Under the pieces are notes generated by a model. That model was not told the DNA's origin and searched no databases. It saw nothing but the letters and a program-made list of their open reading frames with translations. Position numbers and translations under genes: made by a program. From a virus: a stretch of 64,000 nucleotides of DNA. The stretch covers positions 1 to 64,000 of the IMG/VR virus record IMGVR_UViG_3300032268_001605. One strand, written 5' to 3'. Position 1 is the first letter of the stretch. Every line of letters starts with the position of its first letter. Shown here in pieces: positions 1-10,361 of the stretch.

Positions 1-792
1 CAATGAATTATCAGCAGCAAGTCTAATAGAAGCCTCAGCAGAATCACCAGCAACCATCTTAGAATTTTCAGCCAAGATTTCAGTAGAAACTAAAGTAGCC
101 AATGAATTATCAGCAGCAAGTCTTGTAGAAGCTTCAGTTGAAATTTCATTCGAAACCACAGTAGCCAATGAAGCATCAGCAGATGCTCTGTTAGATTCTT
201 CTGCAGTAAGTCTTGTGTTTTGAGAAACTTCGATTGACATCAAAGTTTCGTCGTTCAATACATCAATGCTGTTGATGAAAGTAACAACTTCAACAAATTG
301 ATCTAAATTAACGTCGCTACCCAAAAGGATTGCGTCGATACGACTTTGTTCAACTGAAACAGATGTAGCTATAGAAGCGTCAGTTTGTTGGAGTTTAACT
401 ACTTCTTCTGTTATAAAAGTACCCAATGAAACATCAGCATCTATTCTCAAAGCAGCTTCTCCAGATACTGCATTTGAACGATCTACAACTTCAGTAGAAA
501 CTAAAGTAGCCAATGAAGCATCCGCAGTAGAAACTAAAGTAGCTAAAGACTCATCACCAACTACTCTCAAAGAAGCTTCATTAGAAACTGCGTCTGTGCG
601 ATTTACAACTTCTGTTGAAATTAAAAGACTTAAAGAACCATCAACTGATTCTAAAGCTGTTAATACTGAAGGTAAACCTGAAATGTCAGCTTGAACGAGA
701 CCTACTGGACTAGAGATGTAAGGTGTAGAAAGTGTAGCACCTGTTAGCATTAAATCCGACTGTCTGTTTAAAACTATTCTTGTATTTGCCAT
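1..792 (-). CDS. Partial (runs off window start) repetitive coiled-coil protein, putative virion fibre/structural protein
   Basis: Not in ORF track. ATG at 792-790, open frame to base 1: MANTRIVLNRQSDLMLTGATL...; recurring E-x-x-x-R-x-x-(A/G)D-x-SL-x-T-x-(V/I)S units, also visible as DNA repeats (gtagaaactaaagtagccaatgaa near 83 and 494). Confidence 0.7.
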   Translation of the reverse strand, partial: MANTRIVLNRQSDLMLTGATLSTPYISSPVGLVQADISGLPSVLTALESVDGSLSLLISTEVVNRTDAVSNEASLRVVGDESLATLVSTADASLATLVSTEVVDRSNAVSGEAALRIDADVSLGTFITEEVVKLQQTDASIATSVSVEQSRIDAILLGSDVNLDQFVEVVTFINSIDVLNDETLMSIEVSQNTRLTAEESNRASADASLATVVSNEISTEASTRLAADNSLATLVSTEILAENSKMVAGDSAEASIRLAADNSL

Positions 793-812
793 TTTTTATT
801 TTTTGTTTTTTT

Positions 813-1061
813 TTATCTGTTGTTGTACAACAGATTCTTGATATTCTTGATAGCATTGGTGAAAGCCAATGGTTCACAAGAACCTTTTTCTGTCAAATAC
901 TCATCTACATAAGATAATAGTTCTGGGCTTAATTGAAATATAAAGTTAGATTTACTTTTCAGTTTTTCTACTTGATATTTGTACCCCTTGGTCTTGAGAA
1001 ATGCAGCTAAATACAAATCTGAGGTTACATAATTTTCGATTGGAGATTCTGGAGATTGCAT
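813..1061 (-). CDS. Small protein, DUF5659-like
   Basis: YVTSDLYLAAFLKTKGY motif; AATATATA element upstream. Confidence 0.5.
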   Translation of the reverse strand: MQSPESPIENYVTSDLYLAAFLKTKGYKYQVEKLKSKSNFIFQLSPELLSYVDEYLTEKGSCEPLAFTNAIKNIKNLLYNNR

Positions 1062-1081
1062 ATTATTTATATATATTTTTT

Positions 1082-1411
1082 TTAAACTTGAAATCTGTAA
1101 GTTATTACTAATCTATCACCTGGTTCTGGAGGAAGACAAAACTTAACACAATTTTTACTTACTGTATAGTCCCTATCCTGCCCATATTCCTGTAACAAAC
1201 CATTTAAATAAACATGCTCAGAAGCATTCACCGGTGGATGACTTAACATAAAATCACGGTTTCTACCATTAATTTCACCCTCGGGCTTCTCTCTAGTCAT
1301 ATAAGCAACCGTCATCGGGCTATTTAAGAGAGTGCTTTTGAGTTCGTTAGTTGATTTTATTAGTTTTAAGTTTTCATCCCTTTGTGATTTTTCTACAAAC
1401 ATATTTAACAA
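1082..1411 (-). CDS. Hypothetical protein with phage structural beta-module
   Basis: PEGEINGRNRDF-L...P...SEHVYLNGLLQ..G..DY......F..PP..GD....Y module shared with the next ORF. Confidence 0.55.
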   Translation of the reverse strand: MLNMFVEKSQRDENLKLIKSTNELKSTLLNSPMTVAYMTREKPEGEINGRNRDFMLSHPPVNASEHVYLNGLLQEYGQDRDYTVSKNCVKFCLPPEPGDRLVITYRFQV

Positions 1412-1426
1412 TTCCTTAACAATTTT

Positions 1427-1918
1427 TTAAAGCGATATTAAATAAGAAACTTGAATCGAATCTCCTGAATTCGGTGGATCCAAAAATTCTATCATCGGTC
1501 CACTCATAATATAATCCAGTCCTTCGTCTTGAAGTAAACCATTTAAAATTATATGTTCAGAATCCGGCACTGGAAATTGTGGTAATGTAAAGAATTTATT
1601 TGTACCATCAATATCACCAGAAGGGGTTATATTTGCTATTGATACAAATTGACCTACTAAACCACTCTTTTTCGCCTTGATTCTACCTTGATTAGATCCT
1701 TTATATGGATTTAAGGGCCTATTCAAGTCTTTATCCCAAAGTAACCTTACATAGTTTTTCTTCAAAAATTCTTTCTTTTCAAAATATTCTTCTTCTTTTT
1801 GTTTAAGTTCATCTTTCTTTTCTTGCCTAGAGTTTTCTAATTTAGATAGTATTTCTTGTATCGTCTTACCCATTTCTACTATTCTTAATTTTGAACTCAC
1901 AATATATATTCCTTCCAA
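1427..1918 (-). CDS. Hypothetical protein: charged N-terminus plus the same beta-module
   Basis: PSGDIDGTNKFFTL...SEHIILNGLLQDEGLDY...PPNSGDSIQVSY; paralogous to 1082..1411; true start probably the internal ATG (MGKTIQ). Confidence 0.55.
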   Translation of the reverse strand: MEGIYIVSSKLRIVEMGKTIQEILSKLENSRQEKKDELKQKEEEYFEKKEFLKKNYVRLLWDKDLNRPLNPYKGSNQGRIKAKKSGLVGQFVSIANITPSGDIDGTNKFFTLPQFPVPDSEHIILNGLLQDEGLDYIMSGPMIEFLDPPNSGDSIQVSYLISL

Positions 1919-2075
1919 AAAGAATAAAATAATATGAATCTTTGTTTTTTTCTAAATTTTTATTCATAAAAAAAAAATATTTTTATATATAAAAAAAAAT
2001 ACTGAAGAAATTAAACTGCAGAATCTTAATTTATATATAAAATTTACATAAACAATCTTTAATACTCAATTCTAT

Positions 2076-3161
2076 TTATTCAAATTGTTCAACTACCTTA
2101 AATCCACCTTCTTTTAAGTAGCTCTCCCTTTTGAATAATTCTAAATCAGATTCAACCATTTCCCTACACAATTCTTCAACACTACAGGTTGGTTCCCAAC
2201 CCAATTCACTTTTAGCCTTAGAATAATCACCAATTAACAAGTCAACTTCTGCTGGTCTAAAATATTTAGGATCTATCTCAACTAAAACTCTTCCGGTTTC
2301 AATATCGTACCCCCTTTCATTTACACCCTCTCCAACCCATTTAAGTTTAATTCCAATGTGACTAAAAGACATTTCAACAAACTTTCTAACACTAATCTTT
2401 TTATTGGTAGCTAATACATAGTCATCTGGTTTATCCTGTTGTAACATTAACCACATTCCACGAATATAATCCTTCGCATGTCCCCAGTCACGTTCAGCAT
2501 CCAAATTACCTAATAGAATCTTGTCTTGTAATCCGTGATAGATTTTTGCAACACCACGAGTAATTTTTCTTGTTACAAAAGTCTCACCTCTAACTGGACT
2601 TTCATGATTGAATAAAATTCCAGAACAAGCAAACATCTCATAAGATTCACGATAGTTCTTAGTTATCCAGTGTGCATATAATTTAGCTACACCATAAGGA
2701 CTTCTTGGATAAAAAGGTGTGGTTTCCTTCTGAGGAATTTCTTGTACTAGGCCAAACATTTCAGAAGTCGATGCTTGATAAAATTTAGTTTTCTTTTCTA
2801 ATCCTAAAATTCTGATTGCTTCTAAAATTCTAAGTGTTCCAATTGCGTCCGCATTCGCTGTATATTCAGGTGTCTCAAAGGAAACTTTAACGTGTGATTG
2901 AGCGGCTAAGTTATAAATTTCATCAGGTTGAACTTGTTGAATAATTCTGATTAGGTTAGTAGAATCTGTTAAATCACCATAATGTAGAAAAAAGTTTTCT
3001 GATTTTTCTTTATAAAGGTGGTCGATTCTATCCGTATTAAATAGTGAACTTCTTCTTTTGATGCCGTGTACAATATACCCCTTTGATAGGAGTAATTCTG
3101 ATAAGTATAATCCGTCTTGTCCGGTTATTCCTGTGCAAAGTGCTACTTTCTTATTCTGCAT
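2076..3161 (-). CDS. gmd: GDP-mannose 4,6-dehydratase
   Basis: [55 protein letters not shown] motifs. Confidence 0.97.
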   Translation of the reverse strand: MQNKKVALCTGITGQDGLYLSELLLSKGYIVHGIKRRSSLFNTDRIDHLYKEKSENFFLHYGDLTDSTNLIRIIQQVQPDEIYNLAAQSHVKVSFETPEYTANADAIGTLRILEAIRILGLEKKTKFYQASTSEMFGLVQEIPQKETTPFYPRSPYGVAKLYAHWITKNYRESYEMFACSGILFNHESPVRGETFVTRKITRGVAKIYHGLQDKILLGNLDAERDWGHAKDYIRGMWLMLQQDKPDDYVLATNKKISVRKFVEMSFSHIGIKLKWVGEGVNERGYDIETGRVLVEIDPKYFRPAEVDLLIGDYSKAKSELGWEPTCSVEELCREMVESDLELFKRESYLKEGGFKVVEQFE

Positions 3162-3163
3162 TT

Positions 3164-3796
3164 TTATAAATTTTTATTTCTGAATAAAACATTACCCATA
3201 TCTTGATGTGGTAAATCCTCAAAAACCACCTCAAAGTTATTAATTTCTAGAAATTCTTTGTATTGTGGATAAAGTAAAACATTTTCATATGTCTCAATCA
3301 GGGAAACTTCTGTGTAGAGATATCTTGTTTTAGAGAGTGTTGTGATAGAATTTTTCAAAACGCTTGGTTCGGCCCCCTGCATATCCAACCACATTAAATC
3401 AATTTTTTCTATTTTCTCTTGTTCACAGAAGTCATCTAAAGTTATAGATTCTATTATTCTTTCCACATTAAAAGTTATTTGTGGATGAACCTGTAAGTGG
3501 TCTTTGGGTTTTAAGAGTGACGATGAAGCAAAAATTTGTCCAAATCTATCACTTATAAAAATGTTCTGCTGACCAGTTTCTGATGAGAGTGCTTTTTTGA
3601 AAAGATTCAAATTTTTGTATTGATAAAGTTTCTGAGAACAGAAATTAAATAGTTCATCAACTGGTTCGAAAGCATATACTTTACCGTAAGTAAATCTATC
3701 ACAGAAGAACTGTGTATCACTACCATCGAAAGCGCCAGCTTCAACTATTATTGAGTCTAAACTTAAATTATTAATTATCCAATCTTGTATTTTCAT
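3164..3796 (-). CDS. FkbM-family methyltransferase
   Basis: [31 protein letters not shown]. Confidence 0.9.
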   Translation of the reverse strand: MKIQDWIINNLSLDSIIVEAGAFDGSDTQFFCDRFTYGKVYAFEPVDELFNFCSQKLYQYKNLNLFKKALSSETGQQNIFISDRFGQIFASSSLLKPKDHLQVHPQITFNVERIIESITLDDFCEQEKIEKIDLMWLDMQGAEPSVLKNSITTLSKTRYLYTEVSLIETYENVLLYPQYKEFLEINNFEVVFEDLPHQDMGNVLFRNKNL

Positions 3797-3811
3797 TTTA
3801 ATTTATTATTT

Positions 3812-4660
3812 TTAATCTTCTGATACTGCTCTGCCTATTTGTTTTTCCCAATCTTTATTGGTTCTCACTTCTTTATTTTTCTCGATTGTTGCGGTCAACA
3901 TCGTTGTTTTAATATTTTTAGAGTCTGCTAAGAATTTTAGACTTGAAATATCTTTTGGAAAGCAATGTCCACCAAACCCCATATCACCATCGTGTCCAGG
4001 AACTGACCAATGAGAGTTTCCTAATCTATTATCATATTTTGTGTATTCTATTACTTTATCAAAATCTATATCAACTGCTTGACATATTTGATATATCTCA
4101 TTAGCGAATGAAAGTTTTGTTGCCAAGAATGTATTAGTAACATACTTCACCATTTCGGCAATAGTCGAAGAAGTTTTTATTATTGTAACATTCGGGAAAG
4201 CCTTTTCAAAAATTGATTTAACAGTAGATGTATGAGGTCTTTCGCCACCAACAATAATTCTATTCTGATTCTTGAAGTCTTCGTTTGCGTTAGCTTCTGT
4301 TAAAAACTCTGGGTTAAAAACTATATTTATGTTTTTGAATTGTGAGTTCAAGCTTTTAGTTGTTCCAGGAGGTATAGTAGATTTTATTACAACAATAAAA
4401 TCTTTTTTATTTAGCGAATCTACTATTAGTCCTACTTGTGATAAACAATTTTCCACAATGTATAAATCACACTCACCGGATTTTTTCATAGGTGTTGGTA
4501 GACATAAAAAAGTAACATCTACTTTTTCTATAAGTTCAAAAAGGGAGTTTTCTGTACAATTTCCTTTCAAATCAAAAGTCTTGATGTCAAAGAAATTACT
4601 TAGTCCTTCTTTTACAGCAGTTCCAACAAACCCCTGTCCTATTATTCCAATTTTTTTCAT
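3812..4660 (-). CDS. UDP-glucose/GDP-mannose dehydrogenase family, short form lacking the C-terminal domain
   Basis: GQGFVG, CLPTP, KSTIPPGT, NPEFL, KYVTNTFLA, GFGGHCFPKD; only 282 aa. Confidence 0.88.
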   Translation of the reverse strand: MKKIGIIGQGFVGTAVKEGLSNFFDIKTFDLKGNCTENSLFELIEKVDVTFLCLPTPMKKSGECDLYIVENCLSQVGLIVDSLNKKDFIVVIKSTIPPGTTKSLNSQFKNINIVFNPEFLTEANANEDFKNQNRIIVGGERPHTSTVKSIFEKAFPNVTIIKTSSTIAEMVKYVTNTFLATKLSFANEIYQICQAVDIDFDKVIEYTKYDNRLGNSHWSVPGHDGDMGFGGHCFPKDISSLKFLADSKNIKTTMLTATIEKNKEVRTNKDWEKQIGRAVSED

Positions 4661-4663
4661 ATT

Positions 4664-5296
4664 CTATAAAAATTTTTTCTTTACATAGATTGCATCTCCC
4701 CAATATTGTCCCATCCAATTTTCATCGACCTTAACAAAATCGAAACCTGATAGAAATTCGTCGATTTCGTTGACCAGTGCACAATTTTCATACATATACA
4801 CTTTATTTACTTCCGAATTAATTATATCTATGTTAGGTAGTATATTAGTAGCGCCTTTTAAAACCTCGAGTTCATAACCCTGAACATCAATGTTGAGTAC
4901 GTTATATTCGACCTCGGAATCTTTTAGGAATTCATTTAAAGTTGTTATCTGAACAATTTCTCTAAACGGGAACTGTATTCCCGGATATTGTGTCAAGTGA
5001 AATGCTGGTTTAAGTATAGAAGAAGACTGACCTTCGTTTGCCACTTCAACAAACATTTCTATGTCACCAGTTTTATTACCTAAAGCTTTATTCACAAATA
5101 ATAAATTACAACTTTCTGATTTATTTTTTTCTCTAACATTTTTTTCAAGTCTTTCAAATGTCTTGGACAAAGGTTCGAAAAAAACTACATTTTTGAAATT
5201 TAACTCATTATATGTAACGATTTCATAACCAAAGTGTGCTCCAACATGAAGTACACCCCTTGGTTCTATTTTGTATTTTAAAATAAATTCTTTCAT
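4664..5296 (-). CDS. FkbM-family methyltransferase
   Basis: HVGAH, FFEP, NIDVQGYELEVLKG, WGDAIY. Confidence 0.9.
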   Translation of the reverse strand: MKEFILKYKIEPRGVLHVGAHFGYEIVTYNELNFKNVVFFEPLSKTFERLEKNVREKNKSESCNLLFVNKALGNKTGDIEMFVEVANEGQSSSILKPAFHLTQYPGIQFPFREIVQITTLNEFLKDSEVEYNVLNIDVQGYELEVLKGATNILPNIDIINSEVNKVYMYENCALVNEIDEFLSGFDFVKVDENWMGQYWGDAIYVKKKFL

Positions 5297-5309
5297 TTTG
5301 ATTTTTTTT

Positions 5310-6038
5310 TTATTTTATTGAAACACCTTTCCAATCTTCATAGACAAATATATCTCCGTACCAAGGCTTGTCTCCGACTGGGTATAGTATACTTTTTGAT
5401 TTACTGAGTAAGCCTATCCACCAGCTAAAGGTTCCTTTACTAAGGATTAGTTTACCAAAATCTTTAGCAAAATTTATCGTATCTATTGGATTATTTTCAT
5501 ATAGTATTATATTATAATTTTCCATTAATGTTTGTATTAAAGTGTGATTTGGTGAGTCAGTTGAGAGGTAAATTTTGTCGAAATTCATCGAATCAATAGA
5601 TTTTGAGTAATATTCATATCCAGGACTATAGTTTGACACATCACCTAATCTAACATGAATAAAAACGTCTTCTAAGTGGGTTTCTTTATATTTTAAGTCA
5701 AAGTGTGATAATATTTCGTGTCGGTAGTCTTTTACAAACTCCTTCACTTGAAAATTTCCGTCGTATAAAATACCAGAATCAATGTCATCTTGTCTTCTCA
5801 TTAAATCAATTAGTGTACCGTAAGGTCCTGTTGTTACGTGGCTTAATTCAATATCATAGCAATTCACGATATTTTCAAAAATTTTTTCACCTTGGAATAA
5901 AGACAACCCAAGTATTTTAAAATCCTCGACACTCTGATAGTGAGATACCTTCAAGTTAAACTTTTTTGCTATAATACTAATACCAACATTTTCTAGTAGA
6001 ATATTACCGGTCCTTCCTGAGTATTTTGGATAAATCAT
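5310..6038 (-). CDS. GT11-like alpha-1,2-fucosyltransferase
   Basis: GRTGN, IHVRLGD, STD, SKGTFSWW motifs. Confidence 0.8.
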   Translation of the reverse strand: MIYPKYSGRTGNILLENVGISIIAKKFNLKVSHYQSVEDFKILGLSLFQGEKIFENIVNCYDIELSHVTTGPYGTLIDLMRRQDDIDSGILYDGNFQVKEFVKDYRHEILSHFDLKYKETHLEDVFIHVRLGDVSNYSPGYEYYSKSIDSMNFDKIYLSTDSPNHTLIQTLMENYNIILYENNPIDTINFAKDFGKLILSKGTFSWWIGLLSKSKSILYPVGDKPWYGDIFVYEDWKGVSIK

Positions 6039-6041
6039 ATT

Positions 6042-6482
6042 TTATTTCATATATTTTATTATGTAATCTGAACATAAACCCAAACATTCATTAACATCAT
6101 CATTAAATAACTCAGGCATTACTGAGATACTATTTTTTATAGGTTGATTTCCAGGGAAAACCCACATATGACCTTTAGAAGTCAAAGTCATTAAATCATT
6201 TTCATGCCAGAAATAGTTTAAATCTATTTTATTGATATTGAAATATTCAATTGATTCTTTGTTTTTACAATGAACCCAAAGTTTATTCTTTCGATTTAAC
6301 AACCACTCCAAAACTATTGCACTTTCTGGTCTATCGTGTCCTAAAAAGAACGACTCTTGAATTAACCAAACATCAATTTCGACATCATATCCAAGTGAAA
6401 GAGCCTCATCTATAAAATCAGTTGTATTTTCTCTGTCTATAGTTCTACCATATAAATTTCCTCTATGAGATATTAAAATCAT
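6042..6482 (-). CDS. Small GDPD/PLC-like phosphodiesterase
   Basis: ISHRGN, EN, DVEIDVW, LGHD, HCKN, CSDY. Confidence 0.75.
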   Translation of the reverse strand: MILISHRGNLYGRTIDRENTTDFIDEALSLGYDVEIDVWLIQESFFLGHDRPESAIVLEWLLNRKNKLWVHCKNKESIEYFNINKIDLNYFWHENDLMTLTSKGHMWVFPGNQPIKNSISVMPELFNDDVNECLGLCSDYIIKYMK

Positions 6483-6484
6483 GA

Positions 6485-7717
6485 CTAAAAAATCCTATAG
6501 GCTAAATCAGGTGAAAAATTCTTCTCTCCCCATTTTTTTATGGCTTCTATATACTCAATTTGTGAGTAATCACCGTTTATAGATTGTTTCATTGCTTTTG
6601 CTCCTGATAGCGTTCCCATAGGGTGACCATGTAGTGCACCACCTACATTAGCCATCCAGTCAGTCGAATTCAAGAACTGATTTATATATGATACTAAACC
6701 GGGATGCATTCCACAACTTAGCGCTGGTACAATATTATATTTCCACAAAACTTTCAAAGCATCAATGAGTTCCTCATCATCTTGATTCATATATCCACCA
6801 ATCATACCAGCGTGAATAGAGTCAGCTCCAGACCATCCAGCTATTTTACAAATTACAGGCCAATAGATGTGAAAAGGTGATATTCTGTCTGTAAAAAATT
6901 TATCACCGCTTTTCTGAAAGTGTATCCAAAGATTTGGATTTTCTTTTCTAATTGCTCTATAAACACCTAACCCACTCCAAACATTTATGTGTATTCCTGT
7001 ACCGCCTTCTTCTGATACAAATTTTGCCCTTTGAAGAGCGTATGGACTATCACCATTAATACAGAATGTATAAATTACATCTGGCGCATTTTTTTGTAAC
7101 CAATTCGATATAAGCGGTACTCTCTTTTGTAAGGTGCAATGTGATGGGTTACCAAGCAACTCATCTTCTTTTATAAAGTTAACACCACCATCAACCATTT
7201 CTTTTACTGCTTCTAATAGAATGTCCGGACTCATTCCCAATTTTGGTTTGATTATACCACCTAAAAAAGGCTTCATTTCTACTCCGTTGAATTTTCGGAA
7301 TCCATCTATACCGTATGCAGGTTTTAATCTGAAAGTTCTTTCTAATTCCTCTGGTAAAGTGATGTCTAAAATTACACACTTTTCTATTTCAAGTATATCA
7401 ACTTGACCACCGGCTATGTGACAGATAATTTGTGAAATACCATCTTCCTCAAAGTCGATGTTCGATATAGGGAAAGCAATTTCAATGATACCCTCTTCAA
7501 CAGACTTCAAATATGACTCGTCGCCTAATACTACACAGCTATGATTCTCAAACATCTCCTGAGTTTCCCAAATGCTTCTATTGTTTGGATTACCTATACT
7601 TTGACCTATTGCTAAATTCCAGGCTGCATCTTTTAGTGACGTTCTGCCTTTTAGGAAATACTTCACTATGAAGTATTTGTTTCTATCAATCTCTTGACTG
7701 AAAATATTAAAAGTCAT
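6485..7717 (-). CDS. RuBisCO-like protein (form IV-like)
   Basis: GGIIKPKLG, FIKEDE, DSIHAG, LSCGMHPG, GGALHGHPMG motifs of the RuBisCO large-subunit fold; H294 and K334 equivalents appear substituted. Confidence 0.9.
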   Translation of the reverse strand: MTFNIFSQEIDRNKYFIVKYFLKGRTSLKDAAWNLAIGQSIGNPNNRSIWETQEMFENHSCVVLGDESYLKSVEEGIIEIAFPISNIDFEEDGISQIICHIAGGQVDILEIEKCVILDITLPEELERTFRLKPAYGIDGFRKFNGVEMKPFLGGIIKPKLGMSPDILLEAVKEMVDGGVNFIKEDELLGNPSHCTLQKRVPLISNWLQKNAPDVIYTFCINGDSPYALQRAKFVSEEGGTGIHINVWSGLGVYRAIRKENPNLWIHFQKSGDKFFTDRISPFHIYWPVICKIAGWSGADSIHAGMIGGYMNQDDEELIDALKVLWKYNIVPALSCGMHPGLVSYINQFLNSTDWMANVGGALHGHPMGTLSGAKAMKQSINGDYSQIEYIEAIKKWGEKNFSPDLAYRIF

Positions 7718-7786
7718 GTTTTATATTTTTTTTTTGTTAATCTTTCTTAATATATGCTGAAGGATAGATATAGTTTAAATTTTTTA

Positions 7787-8107
7787 TTATACATTATATT
7801 TATCACCAGGTAAAGATGGTGTTTTGATTACTACAAGTTTGCAATCTGTGTGGAAAACTGGGTCTGCTACTTCGAAAGGATATATCACAAATACATCTCC
7901 CGTTCTTAATTCTTTATCTCCTATTCTCATTTCACCATCAATTAAGAAATTGATTTCTGTTGCAATTTTATGTATATGTGCAGACCAAATCTCTCCTTTT
8001 TTGTGATTGAGTATTCCCACTTCAAATTGTTCTGTTTTGAAACAAGCTGGTTCAAAATTTCCAACAAACCAACCTCTAAAATAATCTTCAATTCTACTTA
8101 TTTTCAT
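7787..8107 (-). CDS. Cupin-domain protein
   Basis: GWFVGNF, HIHK..TE, G.M...L..GD; 106 aa. Confidence 0.8.
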   Translation of the reverse strand: MKISRIEDYFRGWFVGNFEPACFKTEQFEVGILNHKKGEIWSAHIHKIATEINFLIDGEMRIGDKELRTGDVFVIYPFEVADPVFHTDCKLVVIKTPSLPGDKYNV

Positions 8108-8777
8108 ACTCTAAATATTTTTTCAAATCTTCTGGTGTACCAATTGGATAATGTTGATTAAACATATATATTCCCACTTTATAGTTTTTTTGTATAAGAT
8201 AGCTGTATGATGGAGCAATATAGAATTCATCATTTGTTCTATCATTCTTCTCAAACATTTCATCACAAGATTCAAAAAAATATTTCGCTTTCCTCCAGTA
8301 ATGTAGGCCGTTTGTCGCAATGTTTGAAATCACTACCTTTTCTCTAACCTCTGTGACTAAATTACTTTCGTCCACTTTGACAAATGAGTTTTTTGGTGAA
8401 TTAGAAATGAAGCATCCTAAAACTCCGTCAAATTTTCTTGCAAAAGTCAAAAAAAGTTCTTGATTCCAATCTTTAATAATTTGATCACAATTAGTAATTA
8501 TGAGCTCATCCTCTAAATTGATTATTGATTTTGATAGATAAGCACTACATGCTGGACCTTCAGTTGTGTAGTCTATTTCAATTTTGTCAACGTTTTCTAA
8601 GGTTAGATTGTGTTCATTTCTGGTAATTATTATTAGTTTACAGTCACCCCTAAAGTTTTCAATGACGTGTTCTATCATGTTTCTACCATTCCAACTAATA
8701 AGCGGTTTGGGTTCCTGATATTCTGAATTTATGAATCTGCTTCCTCTTCCTGCAGCAGGTATTAAAATTTGTAACAT
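8094..8777 (-). CDS. Sugar-phosphate nucleotidyltransferase (NTP_transferase family)
   Basis: IPAAGRGSRF, PKPLI, NCDQ, EK, EFYIAP, GTPEDL. Confidence 0.88.
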   Translation of the reverse strand: MLQILIPAAGRGSRFINSEYQEPKPLISWNGRNMIEHVIENFRGDCKLIIITRNEHNLTLENVDKIEIDYTTEGPACSAYLSKSIINLEDELIITNCDQIIKDWNQELFLTFARKFDGVLGCFISNSPKNSFVKVDESNLVTEVREKVVISNIATNGLHYWRKAKYFFESCDEMFEKNDRTNDEFYIAPSYSYLIQKNYKVGIYMFNQHYPIGTPEDLKKYLEYENK

Positions 8778-8788
8778 TAATTTTTTAT

Positions 8789-9553
8789 TTATTTTGAAAT
8801 AAAACCCAAACAGTAATCTATAGAGGATTGAACACTATCACGACCTAATTCATCAACGTCATTTTTGGACCAATTTCTATAATTTCTAACTATGTAATAA
8901 TTTTTAACTTTTTGACTTGGTATGAATGAATATTTGCTTTCATTTATCACATTTTGAAACAGTGTTTCTGGATCTCTTGAAGTTTTTATCAATTCGTTAA
9001 TTTTAGTAAGATCTAAGTTTTGAAAAGATTTTAAAAATGAATTTTTGTTACAAATAAAAAAATGGTCATTATGTCTTTGTGTCCTACCATAGTCATACCA
9101 GAAGCAAACTGGGAAATGAAAATCACTAGTTTCAAAGTTGAATTTATCAAACATGATTTTGAGATCTGTTCTACAAAAGACATAATAATCAAAATCTGTA
9201 TATGTTTTGGCAATTTGAATCATTTTTGTATAGAAATGAAATACTCCATACAGATTCGATATCCACCAGGGCTTTGACATATCAGCTATATCAAACGTCT
9301 TTATTTGAGACAACAACATATCAATATCGGGTTGAGAAGAAATCAGGTTTAAATTGAAATTTTCCTCTATAACAGATTTGTTAACTTCGTATTCCCTATT
9401 ATCTTGGTCAAGTTCTTTATTGTTGAACCAAGTAGAAAGTAAAGTTGTTTTCTCACATTCATCGAAATTACTCAATAACAAGTTTTTGTTATTGATAACG
9501 CTCTCCAAATCCGGTCTAAGTAAACCATGCACTATAAAAAGAATACGTTTCAT
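8789..9553 (-). CDS. Hypothetical glycan-biosynthesis protein (putative glycosyltransferase-like)
   Basis: HGLLR, STW, R.DL, NDHFF, PE pattern; cluster context. Confidence 0.45.
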   Translation of the reverse strand: MKRILFIVHGLLRPDLESVINNKNLLLSNFDECEKTTLLSTWFNNKELDQDNREYEVNKSVIEENFNLNLISSQPDIDMLLSQIKTFDIADMSKPWWISNLYGVFHFYTKMIQIAKTYTDFDYYVFCRTDLKIMFDKFNFETSDFHFPVCFWYDYGRTQRHNDHFFICNKNSFLKSFQNLDLTKINELIKTSRDPETLFQNVINESKYSFIPSQKVKNYYIVRNYRNWSKNDVDELGRDSVQSSIDYCLGFISK

Positions 9554-9575
9554 ATTATTTATTTATTTTTATATA

Positions 9576-10361
9576 TTAAGACCAAGAGTTTCCATTCAGA
9601 TGTGTGACTAAAGATTCGTCATTCCATTTACCGTAGACAAAACAACCAAATCTTTCTAGTGCTAAATCTAAACCCATCTTAGAAATATAGAATTCCATCA
9701 ACTCATTTAATGGACCTTCAACAAACCCACCTTCATTTGATGTGTTGTACACAAATGTTTTCCACCAATCTTGAAAGACTGTTGTTTTACAAATATAAGG
9801 ATTATTGGACCATCTGAATGTCGATATGAGTGCAATACTTTTAGAGACATTTGAACTCCCTTCTATCAAATTGTTATATCTTATATTATTATTGTCAAAC
9901 TGATTAAATCTAATATAGTTTATGTTTGAATTATTAGATATCTCGTCAATTACTTCTTTCAAATCTATCTTTCTCTTAAAAATCCAATCATGTTCCCAAA
10001 AGATGTATAATTCTGTTTTAACTGAGTCTATTAAGTTGATGAAGTTTTTTGGTGCTGTAACGATTGGATCGTCTATCTCTGACTCATTCGTAAATATTTT
10101 CAAATTCTTGATATTACTCTCCAAATTCAGCAAATTTCTATGGTAGATATTATCAATTTCTCTACCTACTCTCTTATCGAATCCTATGTGTATGAAAACA
10201 TCTTCAGGATTTAAATTTGTTTTGAAAAAGAAGTCTTTCAACACAGACTCAATTAATTTTGTAGATGGGGTACTTGGAACTACGTTCTTGACACCCGCCC
10301 AAGTTCCCTGGCTTTCTGTTTTAATACAATGAGTTGTAATACAAAGTGTTATTTTAGACAT
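9576..10361 (-). CDS. GT-A fold (GT2-like) glycosyltransferase
   Basis: WEHDW (DxD-like), WSNNP, terminal HL.G.S. Confidence 0.6.
   Translation of the reverse strand: MSKITLCITTHCIKTESQGTWAGVKNVVPSTPSTKLIESVLKDFFFKTNLNPEDVFIHIGFDKRVGREIDNIYHRNLLNLESNIKNLKIFTNESEIDDPIVTAPKNFINLIDSVKTELYIFWEHDWIFKRKIDLKEVIDEISNNSNINYIRFNQFDNNNIRYNNLIEGSSNVSKSIALISTFRWSNNPYICKTTVFQDWWKTFVYNTSNEGGFVEGPLNELMEFYISKMGLDLALERFGCFVYGKWNDESLVTHLNGNSWS

Noticed and set aside
6485-7717. Bona fide CO2-fixing RuBisCO
   Set aside because: His294 and Lys334 equivalents appear replaced; no small subunit or phosphoribulokinase nearby
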